The translations under genes and the position numbers were made by a program. Positions 1-9,261 of a stretch of 62,442 nt of DNA are shown here, one piece after another. Within the stretch, counting starts at the first letter, position 1; the number at the start of each line of letters is the position of its first letter. The notes beneath the pieces were generated by a model. The model saw only the letters and a program-made list of their open reading frames with translations, did not search any database and was not told the DNA's origin. The DNA comes from an uncultured Micrococcales bacterium. Lineage in GTDB: Bacteria > Actinomycetota > Actinomycetes > Actinomycetales > Microbacteriaceae. Location: assembly GCA_903922825.1 (NCBI GenBank), contig CAIXVE010000082.1, positions 1-62,442 of the forward strand. Reading direction: 5' to 3'.

Positions 1-1470
1 CTCAGTTGGGTTTTGCTAAGCGCTAAGTCTTTGGCCTTTTTTGGTGCCTGGCGTTTTATTTCAACTCTGACAACGAGAAACTCGCTGAAGATATCCCTTG
101 CCTTGGTTTACTCTTTCTGGACAACTTTCACGCTTTCTCAAACTCAAGGAAATTACCCTTCGGTTATATTTGCTGTTGCGTTGCCTTGGTTGATGTTTAG
201 TTTGTTGCGAGCATTTCGCATTGGTATTTCAGCATCGGTTAGATCAACTGAGCAAACTTGGTCCTGGCTGGCAGCCAGCGCTTTGCTTTTAGCAACAGCT
301 TTTGCTTGTGCTCCTTCGACTTCATTCTTGCTGATTATTATCGGCCTGGCTTTTATTGTTATTGCCAGAAAGAAACTCATCACACTACTTGTAATACCAA
401 TACCAACTTTGGCCTTAGCACTTCCTTACGTTTGGTATCAAGCGGTCGGTAATGCTCATCCGATTGGCATTTTGGCTGATCCAACGATAAGTTTCATCAC
501 CAAAAGGCCAGAACTGATCAGTGCATTGATTGGGGATAATCACTTAATTGGTTTGTGTTCGTTGGGGCTTGTGCTTTTAGCATTGCTAGCTCTTCTAGCG
601 AAGATAAGAATTGCTTTCCTCGTTTGGATTTTTGCAATCCTATCTTTAGTTAATCTTTGGTTAGTTAGCTCGATAGGTTTTACCTACGGCGGTGTTGGTT
701 CAATCTTCTTGGACACCACAACTTGGGTTTATGACTCGCCAACCGGCTCCATGATGTTCTTCACACTTTCATTGATTGCTTTAGTTGCACTCTGGTTAGA
801 TTCAATGATGGGCTCAGGCTTTAGGAAAGTAATCACAGCACTGGTGTTCTTGACTGTTGTTCTACCACTTGGATATTTGAGCGTCGCAACTCCAAGCGTG
901 GTCGGTTTTACTGACTCACGAAACCTTCCTGCAATCTTCACAGCGGAAGCGAAAGCTGGTAGCGGATTGAAGATGCTGGTGATTTCCAATGATGGGGCAG
1001 GTAATGTTCAAAATTTCAGTGCTGAAGTTGTTACCTCGGCCGGAATCAAGCTTGATGCAGTTTCAACTGCATACCGGCTTTCAACTGCGAATGTTTTGAC
1101 CAAACATCAAGTTGCCAAGCTGGTTGCCAATTTAGTTTCAGCTAACGGGAAATCAATTTCGAGTGATCTAAAGAGCCTGCACATCGGTTATGTCCTAGTG
1201 CCTAAACGAGCCGGAAATGGCGATGTTCAAGTTGCATTGAACTCAGCTGCTGAACTGGACCAGGTTGGCACCACAGAGTTCGGTCAACTTTGGCGAGTTA
1301 GGGCGGCTAATCCTGAAATGCAAGATGAGACCAAGGCCGTTTGGTCTATTACTAAGACAATTCAGTTAAGCGTTCTGGTTGGATTTATATTGTTAGCATT
1401 GCCAACAGCCAGAGGTCGCAAAGTTAGAGCGACCAATGAGTTCAATGAATTTGAGCAGGTGGACGAATAG
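1..1470 (+). CDS. Large integral-membrane protein, probably the C-terminal part of a GT2-family glycosyltransferase (5' end outside window)
   Basis: Frame open from base 1; many TM segments; directly upstream of DUF5719 as in the actinobacterial glycosyltransferase-DUF5719-zincin-manB arrangement. Confidence 0.65.
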   Translation, partial: LSWVLLSAKSLAFFGAWRFISTLTTRNSLKISLALVYSFWTTFTLSQTQGNYPSVIFAVALPWLMFSLLRAFRIGISASVRSTEQTWSWLAASALLLATAFACAPSTSFLLIIIGLAFIVIARKKLITLLVIPIPTLALALPYVWYQAVGNAHPIGILADPTISFITKRPELISALIGDNHLIGLCSLGLVLLALLALLAKIRIAFLVWIFAILSLVNLWLVSSIGFTYGGVGSIFLDTTTWVYDSPTGSMMFFTLSLIALVALWLDSMMGSGFRKVITALVFLTVVLPLGYLSVATPSVVGFTDSRNLPAIFTAEAKAGSGLKMLVISNDGAGNVQNFSAEVVTSAGIKLDAVSTAYRLSTANVLTKHQVAKLVANLVSANGKSISSDLKSLHIGYVLVPKRAGNGDVQVALNSAAELDQVGTTEFGQLWRVRAANPEMQDETKAVWSITKTIQLSVLVGFILLALPTARGRKVRATNEFNEFEQVDE

Positions 1471-2921
1471 TGTTCATTCGTATCGCAAGAGTCTTAGTTG
1501 TATGTGGCGCGCTGGCGGCATTACTGGTTTTTGCTAATCCAACCACCTTGATCCACGCACCTATTGGTCTCTCTGTTGAGCAAAACGTTAGTGCAAAAGA
1601 TCTTCAGGTAACCTGCAGCGGTTCAGCAATTGCGGCAGGTGGTTCTAATGGAACATCGATTTCTCGCTTCAAGCGAATAGGAACCACACTGGTTTCCAGT
1701 AGTTATTCAGGAGCGTCTGGGACAAACCTAAACATATTCAATAAATCCGCAATACAAGGGTTTGCGGTTCGGCAAGATTTCAATCAAAGGCTTGAAAACC
1801 TTGGGTCTGTCACAGTTAGAGATTCAACTGGAAAGGCCACTCAAGGTTCAGCTTTGCTTACCGCCAACCAGATTCAGTCGGTAAGCACTCCGAGTATGAA
1901 CGGTTTAGTTGGAGCGCCGTGTGTGAGGCCTCAGGCAGAGTTCTGGTTGGTTGGTGGGGCAACCGATACTGGTCGTGAGGCCTTGTTGGTCATGTCTAAT
2001 CCAAGTCGAGTAGATGCCACGGTTGATCTTCAGATATTCACAGAAAACGGTTCTTCACATAGTTCGGGTTTAACTGGCATTTCAGTTCCCGCTGGAGAGA
2101 CTTCTCTGCTGCCACTTTCATCTTTTGTCCTAAGTGCTCAGTCAATAGTGGTTCATGTTCAAAGCCACGGTGGTTCTATAACCGCACTGATTCAACAAAA
2201 GACAGTTAGAGGCATCTATGCCAACGGTGCTGACTACATTTATCCTTCGATAGAAATTTCAACTGAAAGCTATTTCCCAGGCATCTTGGTCCGTGGAGCA
2301 ATCGATAGTTACAAACTTCGAACAAGCGCAGATAAGTACTCAGATGTTCAACAGTTACTCAGGGTCTATGTTCCTGGCAACATCGATGCAGAAATAAGCC
2401 TTCAGGTTTTAGGAAGCACTACAAACACTTTTGGAAATGTTATTACTGGAACTGCTTCTGCTGGCAAAGTAACAGACTTCGATGTTTCGGGTTTGAAAGA
2501 TGGCGACTACTTTGGAATTTTGAATTCATCGGTTAAGGTCTACTCCAGCATTCGTTTGGTGCGATCTAAAGTTGGGGCAGGAGCTTTTACCGACTTCACC
2601 TGGCTGGCTGCAGCGCAGGGGTTCAACACTGCAAGGTATGTTGCAGTTCCATCGGCTGGTATCTCTAAACTGAGCATCCTTAATCCTTCAAATAAGGCGA
2701 CTGTGGTGAATCTAAAGATAGGTTCAGCAACTGTAAGTCGAACTATTTCAGCAGGCTCTGCCGAAGTTGTGAGCACGACACCAGGATTATCGATTGGAAT
2801 TATTCCAACGGGGGCTACGGTTTATGCAAATCTAACTGTTGATGTGAATGGAAGAATTACAAATCTTCCTGTTTTAGACGATAAGAATATTTCTGGAACT
2901 GTTCTAGTGAGTGTTCACTAG
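1470..2921 (+). CDS. DUF5719 family secreted/membrane-anchored protein
   Basis: N-terminal hydrophobic segment, 'FWLVGGATDTGRE.LLVMSNP' motif, beta-rich; TAGTG overlap with upstream gene; synteny. Confidence 0.75.
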   Translation: MFIRIARVLVVCGALAALLVFANPTTLIHAPIGLSVEQNVSAKDLQVTCSGSAIAAGGSNGTSISRFKRIGTTLVSSSYSGASGTNLNIFNKSAIQGFAVRQDFNQRLENLGSVTVRDSTGKATQGSALLTANQIQSVSTPSMNGLVGAPCVRPQAEFWLVGGATDTGREALLVMSNPSRVDATVDLQIFTENGSSHSSGLTGISVPAGETSLLPLSSFVLSAQSIVVHVQSHGGSITALIQQKTVRGIYANGADYIYPSIEISTESYFPGILVRGAIDSYKLRTSADKYSDVQQLLRVYVPGNIDAEISLQVLGSTTNTFGNVITGTASAGKVTDFDVSGLKDGDYFGILNSSVKVYSSIRLVRSKVGAGAFTDFTWLAAAQGFNTARYVAVPSAGISKLSILNPSNKATVVNLKIGSATVSRTISAGSAEVVSTTPGLSIGIIPTGATVYANLTVDVNGRITNLPVLDDKNISGTVLVSVH

Positions 2922-3313
2922 TCTTCACCAAAGATTAAATCCCAAGGTTCTTTCCCAATCAGGTCGGCAGCCGCTTCAAAAACATGGTGCTCAATCTTTA
3001 GTCGTTCTTCAACAGGAGATGGGCTTGAACCGAGTCGAAGGATAGGTAAGCGATACAGAATTACGGTCATCGTTTCTTTACGAGCAGACCAACGTTTCAC
3101 ATAAGTCGAATTTTCTCCAAGCACCGGTGCATCCATGACTCTAAAGTTCAGCTCGCCTAGTTCTTCTGGGAAGGTTTCTCGCAGGTATTCGCAGGTGGTT
3201 CTAACTATTTGAGCAAACTGATCTGAGCTGGAACCTCCTGAACGATAAAGGGATCCGGTCAGTGAATGCCTAACTCCTCGACCATGTCGGTCGCGAGAAC
3301 GGTTTCTAGGCAT
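2918..3313 (-). CDS. Zincin-like metallopeptidase family protein (Zincin_1/DUF1025-like)
   Basis: 'RSRDRHGRGVR' N-terminal motif, 'ILYRLPI'; start moved to 3313 (TACAAT-6nt-ATG). Confidence 0.75.
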   Translation of the reverse strand: MPRNRSRDRHGRGVRHSLTGSLYRSGGSSSDQFAQIVRTTCEYLRETFPEELGELNFRVMDAPVLGENSTYVKRWSARKETMTVILYRLPILRLGSSPSPVEERLKIEHHVFEAAADLIGKEPWDLIFGED

Positions 3314-3355
3314 GAGGTCATTGTATTCTTTACTAGTCAAAACGGAAGGCTCAAG

Positions 3356-4765
3356 ATGAGTGTGAACTGGAATGCAATTGTTAAAACCTACGACGTTCGA
3401 GGTTTAGTCGATATCGATCTAACCGAAGAAGTAGTGGCTGCTCTTGCTGCTGGGTTCATTGATGAGCTTGAGCTTGAAGGCAAAGATGTAATTGTTGGTT
3501 ACGACATGCGTGACTCTTCACCACGATTTGCAGAAGCGTTCACTCGAGGAGCTAACGCTAGAGGTGCAAATGTCATTTCGCTTGGTCTTTGTTCCACAGA
3601 TGAGTCCTATTTTGCTTCAGGGCACCTAAATCTTGCTGCGGCCATGTTTACCGCAAGCCACAACCCTGCTAGCTATAACGGCATCAAGTTTTCAAGAGCG
3701 GGGGCTAGGGGAATTTCACTAGACACCGGTCTGGCTGCGATTAGAGATAGAGCTAAAGAGTTTCTTGCTAATGGGATTCCTGCTGTTTCACAAACGGGAA
3801 CAACATCTTCGAGAGATGTTTTAGTTGACTACGCCACCTATCTTCGTAAATTAGTTGACCTGAGCAAAGTGAAGCCGATGAAAGTGGTTGTTGACGCAGC
3901 CAATGGAATGGGCGGGCTAACTGTTCCTGCGGTTTTAGGAACCAGTGCAGGTTTAGCTTCACTTCCAATTGAAATAGTTGAAATGTATTTCGAACTAGAT
4001 GGAACTTTCCCTAACCATGAGGCAAACCCACTTGAGCCTAAGAACCTGGTTGATCTTCAGAAAGCTGTTGTTGAGCACAAAGCTGACTTAGGGTTAGCTT
4101 TCGATGGCGATGCTGACCGCTGTTTTGTTATTGATGAGAACGGTAATCCGGTAACCCCGAGTGCTGTTGCCGCGATGGTTGCCAGAAGAGAAATTGCACG
4201 AGTTCGCGCTGGCGGTGAAACTGGCGATGTCACAGTTTTATATAACCTGATCACCTCTAAAGTTGTTGCCGAAGTTATTGCCAATGATGGCGCTACGGGT
4301 GAGCGTACTAAGGTTGGTCACTCTTTGATTAAGGACCGCATGGCCGAAACCAATGCTATCTTTGGCGGCGAGCACTCGGCTCACTATTACTTCAGAGATT
4401 TCTGGGGTGCAGATAATGGAATGTTGGCTGCGATGCACGTTCTAGCTGAATTTGGTTCACAGCCTGAATCTTTGAGTGCTATTGCTAAGCAATACAACCC
4501 TTATTTCTTATCTGGGGAAATCAACTCAACTGTTGAAGACGTTCCTAAAGCCAAAGCTCTAATCGAAGAGACTTTCAGTTCAAGAGCAGAATTTGATCAC
4601 TTTGATGGAATAACCGCTAAAGGTATTGCCGAAGATGGTTCCTGGTGGTGGTTCAACGTTCGCGCTTCTAACACTGAACCTTTACTTCGCCTAAACGTTG
4701 AAGCCAAAAACGAATCGGTTATGGCTGCGATTCGTGATGAAGTGCTAGCTCTTATCCTCAGCTAA
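3356..4765 (+). CDS. manB: Phosphomannomutase/phosphoglucomutase
   Basis: 'YDVRG', 'FTASHNP', 'FDGDADR', 'GGEHSAH', 'RASNTEP' motifs; start at 3356 avoids overlap with the divergent gene. Confidence 0.92.
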   Translation: MSVNWNAIVKTYDVRGLVDIDLTEEVVAALAAGFIDELELEGKDVIVGYDMRDSSPRFAEAFTRGANARGANVISLGLCSTDESYFASGHLNLAAAMFTASHNPASYNGIKFSRAGARGISLDTGLAAIRDRAKEFLANGIPAVSQTGTTSSRDVLVDYATYLRKLVDLSKVKPMKVVVDAANGMGGLTVPAVLGTSAGLASLPIEIVEMYFELDGTFPNHEANPLEPKNLVDLQKAVVEHKADLGLAFDGDADRCFVIDENGNPVTPSAVAAMVARREIARVRAGGETGDVTVLYNLITSKVVAEVIANDGATGERTKVGHSLIKDRMAETNAIFGGEHSAHYYFRDFWGADNGMLAAMHVLAEFGSQPESLSAIAKQYNPYFLSGEINSTVEDVPKAKALIEETFSSRAEFDHFDGITAKGIAEDGSWWWFNVRASNTEPLLRLNVEAKNESVMAAIRDEVLALILS

Positions 4766-4786
4766 ATTACAGGGGATAATAGTCAC

Positions 4787-6262
4787 ATGACCCAAACCAA
4801 ACAAGGTATTGAAAATAAAGTAGCGGACTTATCCTTAGCTGACTATGGACGTCACCAGATGCGCCTTGCTGAAAATGAGATGCCTGGGCTTATGTCTTTG
4901 CGTGATGAGTTTGGTCCACTGCAACCGCTTCGTGGAGCTCGCATCGCTGGGTCATTGCATATGACCATTCAGACCGCTGTTCTGATTGAAACCTTGGTGG
5001 CTCTCGGAGCTAAAGTTCGTTGGGCTTCCTGCAACATTTTCTCAACTCAAGATGAAGCTGCTGCTGCGGTGGTTGTTGGTCCACATGGCACAAAAGAATT
5101 ACCTCAAGGTGTTCCAGTTTTTGCTTGGAAGGGTGAATCGCTTGAAGAGTATTGGTGGGCCACTGAACGTATTTTTGACTGGACCCAAGAGGCCATGGCT
5201 GAAGGTGCTGATTACATAGGCCCGAACATGATCCTTGATGACGGTGGAGATGCAACCCTTCTGGTTCACAAAGGTAAAGAGTTTGAAGAAGCTGGATCTG
5301 TGCCACCAGCAGGGGTTGAAGATAACGAAGAGTATCGAGTGATTCTCGATCTGCTGGCTAGAGAGTTCAAGAAGAACCCAAAGCGTTTCACAACCATTGC
5401 TAAAGACATCTACGGTGTGACTGAAGAGACAACTACCGGTGTTAAGCGTCTATATGAAATGTTCAAGCGTGGACAACTTCTTTTCCCTGGTATCAACGTG
5501 AACGACTCAGTTACAAAGTCTAAGTTTGATAACAAGTATGGAATTAGACACTCACTACCTGATGGTCTAAACCGTGCAACCGACATTTTGATTGGTGGCA
5601 AAACTGTTTTTGTTGCCGGCTACGGCGATGTTGGTAAGGGTGCTGCCGAAGCAATGCGCGGTCAGGGTGCCAGAGTTATCATCAGTGAAGTTGATCCGAT
5701 TTGTGCTTTGCAGGCGGCTATGGATGGGTATCAGGTAACCACCATCGATAAGGTCGTGGACAAGGTTGACTTTTTCATTACCGGTACCGGTAACGCGGGA
5801 ATTATTCGACCTGAACATGTTTCGCAGATGAAGCATTTGGCAGTCATTGCTAACATCGGCCACTTTGATAATGAAATTGATATGGAGGGCATTGCCCGTA
5901 TCCCAGGTATCAAGAAGATTGAAGTGAAACCTCAGGTGCACGAGTGGCAGCTACCGGGGGATAAGTCAGTGCTGATCCTTTCTGAAGGCCGTTTGATGAA
6001 TTTGGGTAATGCTACCGGCCACCCAAGCTTTGTGATGAGCACCTCTTTCTCCAACCAGGTGCTAGCGCAGATCGAGCTATTTACTAAGCGTGATGAATAC
6101 CCAATTGGTGTTTACATTCTGCCTAAGCACCTAGACGAGAAGGTGGCTAGATTGCACCTCGATGCTCTTGGAGTTGAATTAACCGAACTATCCAAGGACC
6201 AAAGTAGGTATATTGGTGTGGAGCCTAATGGTCCATTCAAACCGGATCACTACCGTTACTAG
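4787..6262 (+). CDS. ahcY: Adenosylhomocysteinase
   Basis: 'AENEMPGLM', 'GSLHMTIQT', 'EETTTG', 'KSKFDNKYG', 'GHPSFVMS', C-terminal 'KPDHYRY'. Confidence 0.98.
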   Translation: MTQTKQGIENKVADLSLADYGRHQMRLAENEMPGLMSLRDEFGPLQPLRGARIAGSLHMTIQTAVLIETLVALGAKVRWASCNIFSTQDEAAAAVVVGPHGTKELPQGVPVFAWKGESLEEYWWATERIFDWTQEAMAEGADYIGPNMILDDGGDATLLVHKGKEFEEAGSVPPAGVEDNEEYRVILDLLAREFKKNPKRFTTIAKDIYGVTEETTTGVKRLYEMFKRGQLLFPGINVNDSVTKSKFDNKYGIRHSLPDGLNRATDILIGGKTVFVAGYGDVGKGAAEAMRGQGARVIISEVDPICALQAAMDGYQVTTIDKVVDKVDFFITGTGNAGIIRPEHVSQMKHLAVIANIGHFDNEIDMEGIARIPGIKKIEVKPQVHEWQLPGDKSVLILSEGRLMNLGNATGHPSFVMSTSFSNQVLAQIELFTKRDEYPIGVYILPKHLDEKVARLHLDALGVELTELSKDQSRYIGVEPNGPFKPDHYRY

Positions 6263-6274
6263 GAAGAACAAGGA

Positions 6275-6952
6275 ATGTCGAAACTTCTGATCGTTGAAGA
6301 CGATGATGCTCTAAGAGAGCAACTTGAAATTGGTCTTAGGACCCATGGTTTCGAGGTTGTCAGTGTTGCAACTGGAACCGATGCAATCCCAGCTTTTGAA
6401 AAGAACAAACCAGATCTGATTCTTTTGGATCTCATGTTGCCTGGGAAAAACGGTATTGAGATTTGCACCGAAATCAGAAAAACGTCCGGTGTTCCAATCA
6501 TTATCTTGACCGCCAGAACCGAAGACCAAGACATGATTCGTGGTCTCGAAGCTGGTGCCGATGACTATGTCACTAAGCCTTACCCAATTGAAGTTTTGGT
6601 TTCCAGAATCAAGGCAAGATTGCGTCCACTTGTTCGTGTTGTTGAACACCCGATTGTGAAGATTGGTCCGGTTGAACTTGACACTCTCAGTCACGAAGTT
6701 CGTAAGGGTGAGAAAAAGATTGCTCTTACACCTTTAGAGTTCAAGCTTTTGCTTACTTTAGCTTCACATCCAAATGAGGTTTACACCCGTGAAATGCTTT
6801 TGGAGCAGGTTTGGGAATATACCTATAAAGCTGACACTCGTTTGGTGAACGTTCACATTCAGCGTTTGCGTTCCAAGATTGAAGAAGATCAAGAAGATCC
6901 AAAGTTAGTCCTAACCGTTCGTGGTTGGGGCTACAAGGCTGGACCAGAGTAA
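6275..6952 (+). CDS. mtrA: OmpR-family response regulator MtrA
   Basis: Receiver 'LLDLMLPG', 'ADTRLVNVHIQRLRSKIE', position before mtrB. Confidence 0.92.
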   Translation: MSKLLIVEDDDALREQLEIGLRTHGFEVVSVATGTDAIPAFEKNKPDLILLDLMLPGKNGIEICTEIRKTSGVPIIILTARTEDQDMIRGLEAGADDYVTKPYPIEVLVSRIKARLRPLVRVVEHPIVKIGPVELDTLSHEVRKGEKKIALTPLEFKLLLTLASHPNEVYTREMLLEQVWEYTYKADTRLVNVHIQRLRSKIEEDQEDPKLVLTVRGWGYKAGPE

Positions 6953-8512
6953 ATGGTATTTAGCCGCACTTTTAAGGCGGCTCGAGACCTGTTTAGGTCT
7001 ACGCTGCAGATTCGAGCACTGGTATACACGGTTGCGCTATCTGGAACTGCTCTTATTATTTTGGGTGGAGTGCTTTCTGTTTCTATCGGTAATGGATTAT
7101 TTAGCACTAGAACTGACCGAGCGTTAGTTGAAAGCCAGAGAGCTAAGTTCACAGTTTCCAGATTGTTTGCTGGAATGAGCCCTTATAACACTTGGGCTTT
7201 AGATCAAACTATTCAAAATGTTGTTCCAGAACTTGAATCGATTGGTGTGTCTCAAACTCGTTTAGTTGCTTTTATTCACAGCAACATTCAAACCAACCCA
7301 CACAAACTTTCGAGTCCCACTTCAGCTGGATTTGATCTCAGCCTTGTCACTGATGAATTTAGGACCAAGGTTAGGGAAAACCCTGACCTAACTTCACAAA
7401 CCATTCAAATCAGGCGCGGTGGCGATAGCGTCCCTGCAATCTTGATAGGTCAACCGATTGTCCTTCCAGGTGGCAACCACTACGAACTTTATTTGGTTTA
7501 TGACATGATCAACGAGCAGCAAACACTGGGCTTTGTCCAGAGGACTCTGGTCCTCGGTGGCATGGTCACCCTGATGATTATCGGTTTCTTCTCCTTCTTG
7601 GTTACCAGCTGGTTGGTGAAGCCGGTTCAGGAGGCGGCTGAAACCAGCGAACTTATCGCTAGCGGAGATCTAGACCGGCGCCTTCCTGTCAAAGGAACAG
7701 ACGTTGCTGCAGTGTTGGCAACCTCGTTTAATCACATGGCAGATTCTCTGCAAGAAAACATTCAAGATTTGAAGAATCTTTCAACTATGCAGCAACGGTT
7801 TGTTTCGGATGTTTCCCATGAGCTTCGAACCCCACTAACTACCATGAGACTTTCAGCAGATATCCTGCATGCTAAACGGGATGACTTTGGAAATGACGAG
7901 CGCAGATCAATTGAGATTATGCACAGCCAGATGAATCGCTTTGATAAGTTGCTAGCTGACCTTCTTGAAATCTCTAGGTATGACGCGGCAAGTGTGCAAC
8001 CTGAATTTGAAGAGCAGGATCTAAACGGTGTGGTTGGAACTGCGTTGGCAAGTATTCAGCAGTTTGCTGATAGTAAAGGTGTTTATCTTGATGCTGCGGT
8101 TCCTAGCGGTTCGGTTAGATGTGAGATGGATGTCATTCGTATTGGAAGAGTGATTAACAACTTGTTGACCAACGCCATCGAACACAGCGAAGGTCGACCT
8201 GTGAAGATTCGAGTTGGTCAGAACAAGGATGCAGTTGCCGTGAGTGTGACTGATAACGGCATAGGAATGAACGATTCCGAAATAGCTCAAGTCTTCAATC
8301 GTTTCTGGCGAGCAGATCCGTCAAGGAAGAGAACCACTGGCGGAACTGGTCTTGGGTTAGCAATCTCATATGAAGATGCAACACTTCATAACGGTCTTTT
8401 AGAAGTTACTGCTAAACCTGGGGTCGGGGCATGCTTTAGGTTGACTTTGCCTAAGGTTCATGGTGTGACTGAATTTGAATCACCACTTCCGTTAACTGTT
8501 GATCAGGCATAG
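6953..8512 (+). CDS. mtrB: Sensor histidine kinase MtrB
   Basis: Two TMs, HAMP, 'QQRFVSDVSHELRTPL', 'RFWRADPSRKRTTGGTGLGLAI'. Confidence 0.92.
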   Translation: MVFSRTFKAARDLFRSTLQIRALVYTVALSGTALIILGGVLSVSIGNGLFSTRTDRALVESQRAKFTVSRLFAGMSPYNTWALDQTIQNVVPELESIGVSQTRLVAFIHSNIQTNPHKLSSPTSAGFDLSLVTDEFRTKVRENPDLTSQTIQIRRGGDSVPAILIGQPIVLPGGNHYELYLVYDMINEQQTLGFVQRTLVLGGMVTLMIIGFFSFLVTSWLVKPVQEAAETSELIASGDLDRRLPVKGTDVAAVLATSFNHMADSLQENIQDLKNLSTMQQRFVSDVSHELRTPLTTMRLSADILHAKRDDFGNDERRSIEIMHSQMNRFDKLLADLLEISRYDAASVQPEFEEQDLNGVVGTALASIQQFADSKGVYLDAAVPSGSVRCEMDVIRIGRVINNLLTNAIEHSEGRPVKIRVGQNKDAVAVSVTDNGIGMNDSEIAQVFNRFWRADPSRKRTTGGTGLGLAISYEDATLHNGLLEVTAKPGVGACFRLTLPKVHGVTEFESPLPLTVDQA

Positions 8513-8570
8513 TTTTCAACAGAACCATAATTTGACTAAAACTAAATTCATTTAGATTCATGATTAACGA

Positions 8571-9191
8571 GTGCTACTCGATTACTTCCTGCCTTCACCA
8601 TGTGTGCTGTGTTCAAAATTTGGAGCCCCAATATGCTCTAAATGTTTAGAGCTTCTAAAGATGTGTTGCAGTGAAAAGAAACTCGGCGAGTTAAGGGGAT
8701 TTAGCTTCACTGCTTATAGCGATGAGAGCTCCAATGTAGTCAGGTCGATAAAGGAAATAGGCATTACTTCACTTATTCCTATCATCGCCACCGAATTGCT
8801 CAAGCAGTGGCCTTATGAACATCCAGTTGGACTGGTTCCAATTCCTTCCTCGCCAGCTAACTATCGAAAGCGAGGTTTCAACCACACTTTACTTTTAGCT
8901 CGAGCCTTGGCTAAATACGGTCAAGGAATATCTGTTGCCAACATCTTGGTTTCCAAGACTGCACGTAAAGACCAAGTACTTCTTAGCCCCAAAGCTAGGG
9001 TGGAGAACCTGAAGGGTGCCTTTACCGTAAGCCGAAGCTGGGCCTCGGAGCTTCCGTTAGTGCTGCTAGATGATGTCCTCACCACTGGATCGACCATAAA
9101 TGAGGCTAATCGGGCCTTGATTGAGGTGGGGATAAAGCCAGCAGGTTTCTGTGTTTTTGCCCAGACTGGGCCTAGAAACCCCTCAAAATAG
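8571..9191 (+). CDS. comF: ComF family phosphoribosyltransferase-like competence protein
   Basis: N-terminal CxxC..CxxC, 'RGFNH', 'LLDDVLTTGST'. Confidence 0.88.
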   Translation: MLLDYFLPSPCVLCSKFGAPICSKCLELLKMCCSEKKLGELRGFSFTAYSDESSNVVRSIKEIGITSLIPIIATELLKQWPYEHPVGLVPIPSSPANYRKRGFNHTLLLARALAKYGQGISVANILVSKTARKDQVLLSPKARVENLKGAFTVSRSWASELPLVLLDDVLTTGSTINEANRALIEVGIKPAGFCVFAQTGPRNPSK

Positions 9192-9261
9192 GGGACAAGC
9201 GGCCCTTAGCCTTGTCAGTCTAAGATGGTAAGGAATGACCACACAGCGTTTGGAGCTTACT

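Noticed and set aside
2918-3313. Zincin-like protein lacking HExxH as a novelty
   Set aside because: This actinobacterial subfamily commonly has a degenerate motif
4766-4786. SAH riboswitch upstream of ahcY
   Set aside because: Only 21 bp of intergenic space and an apparently leaderless promoter
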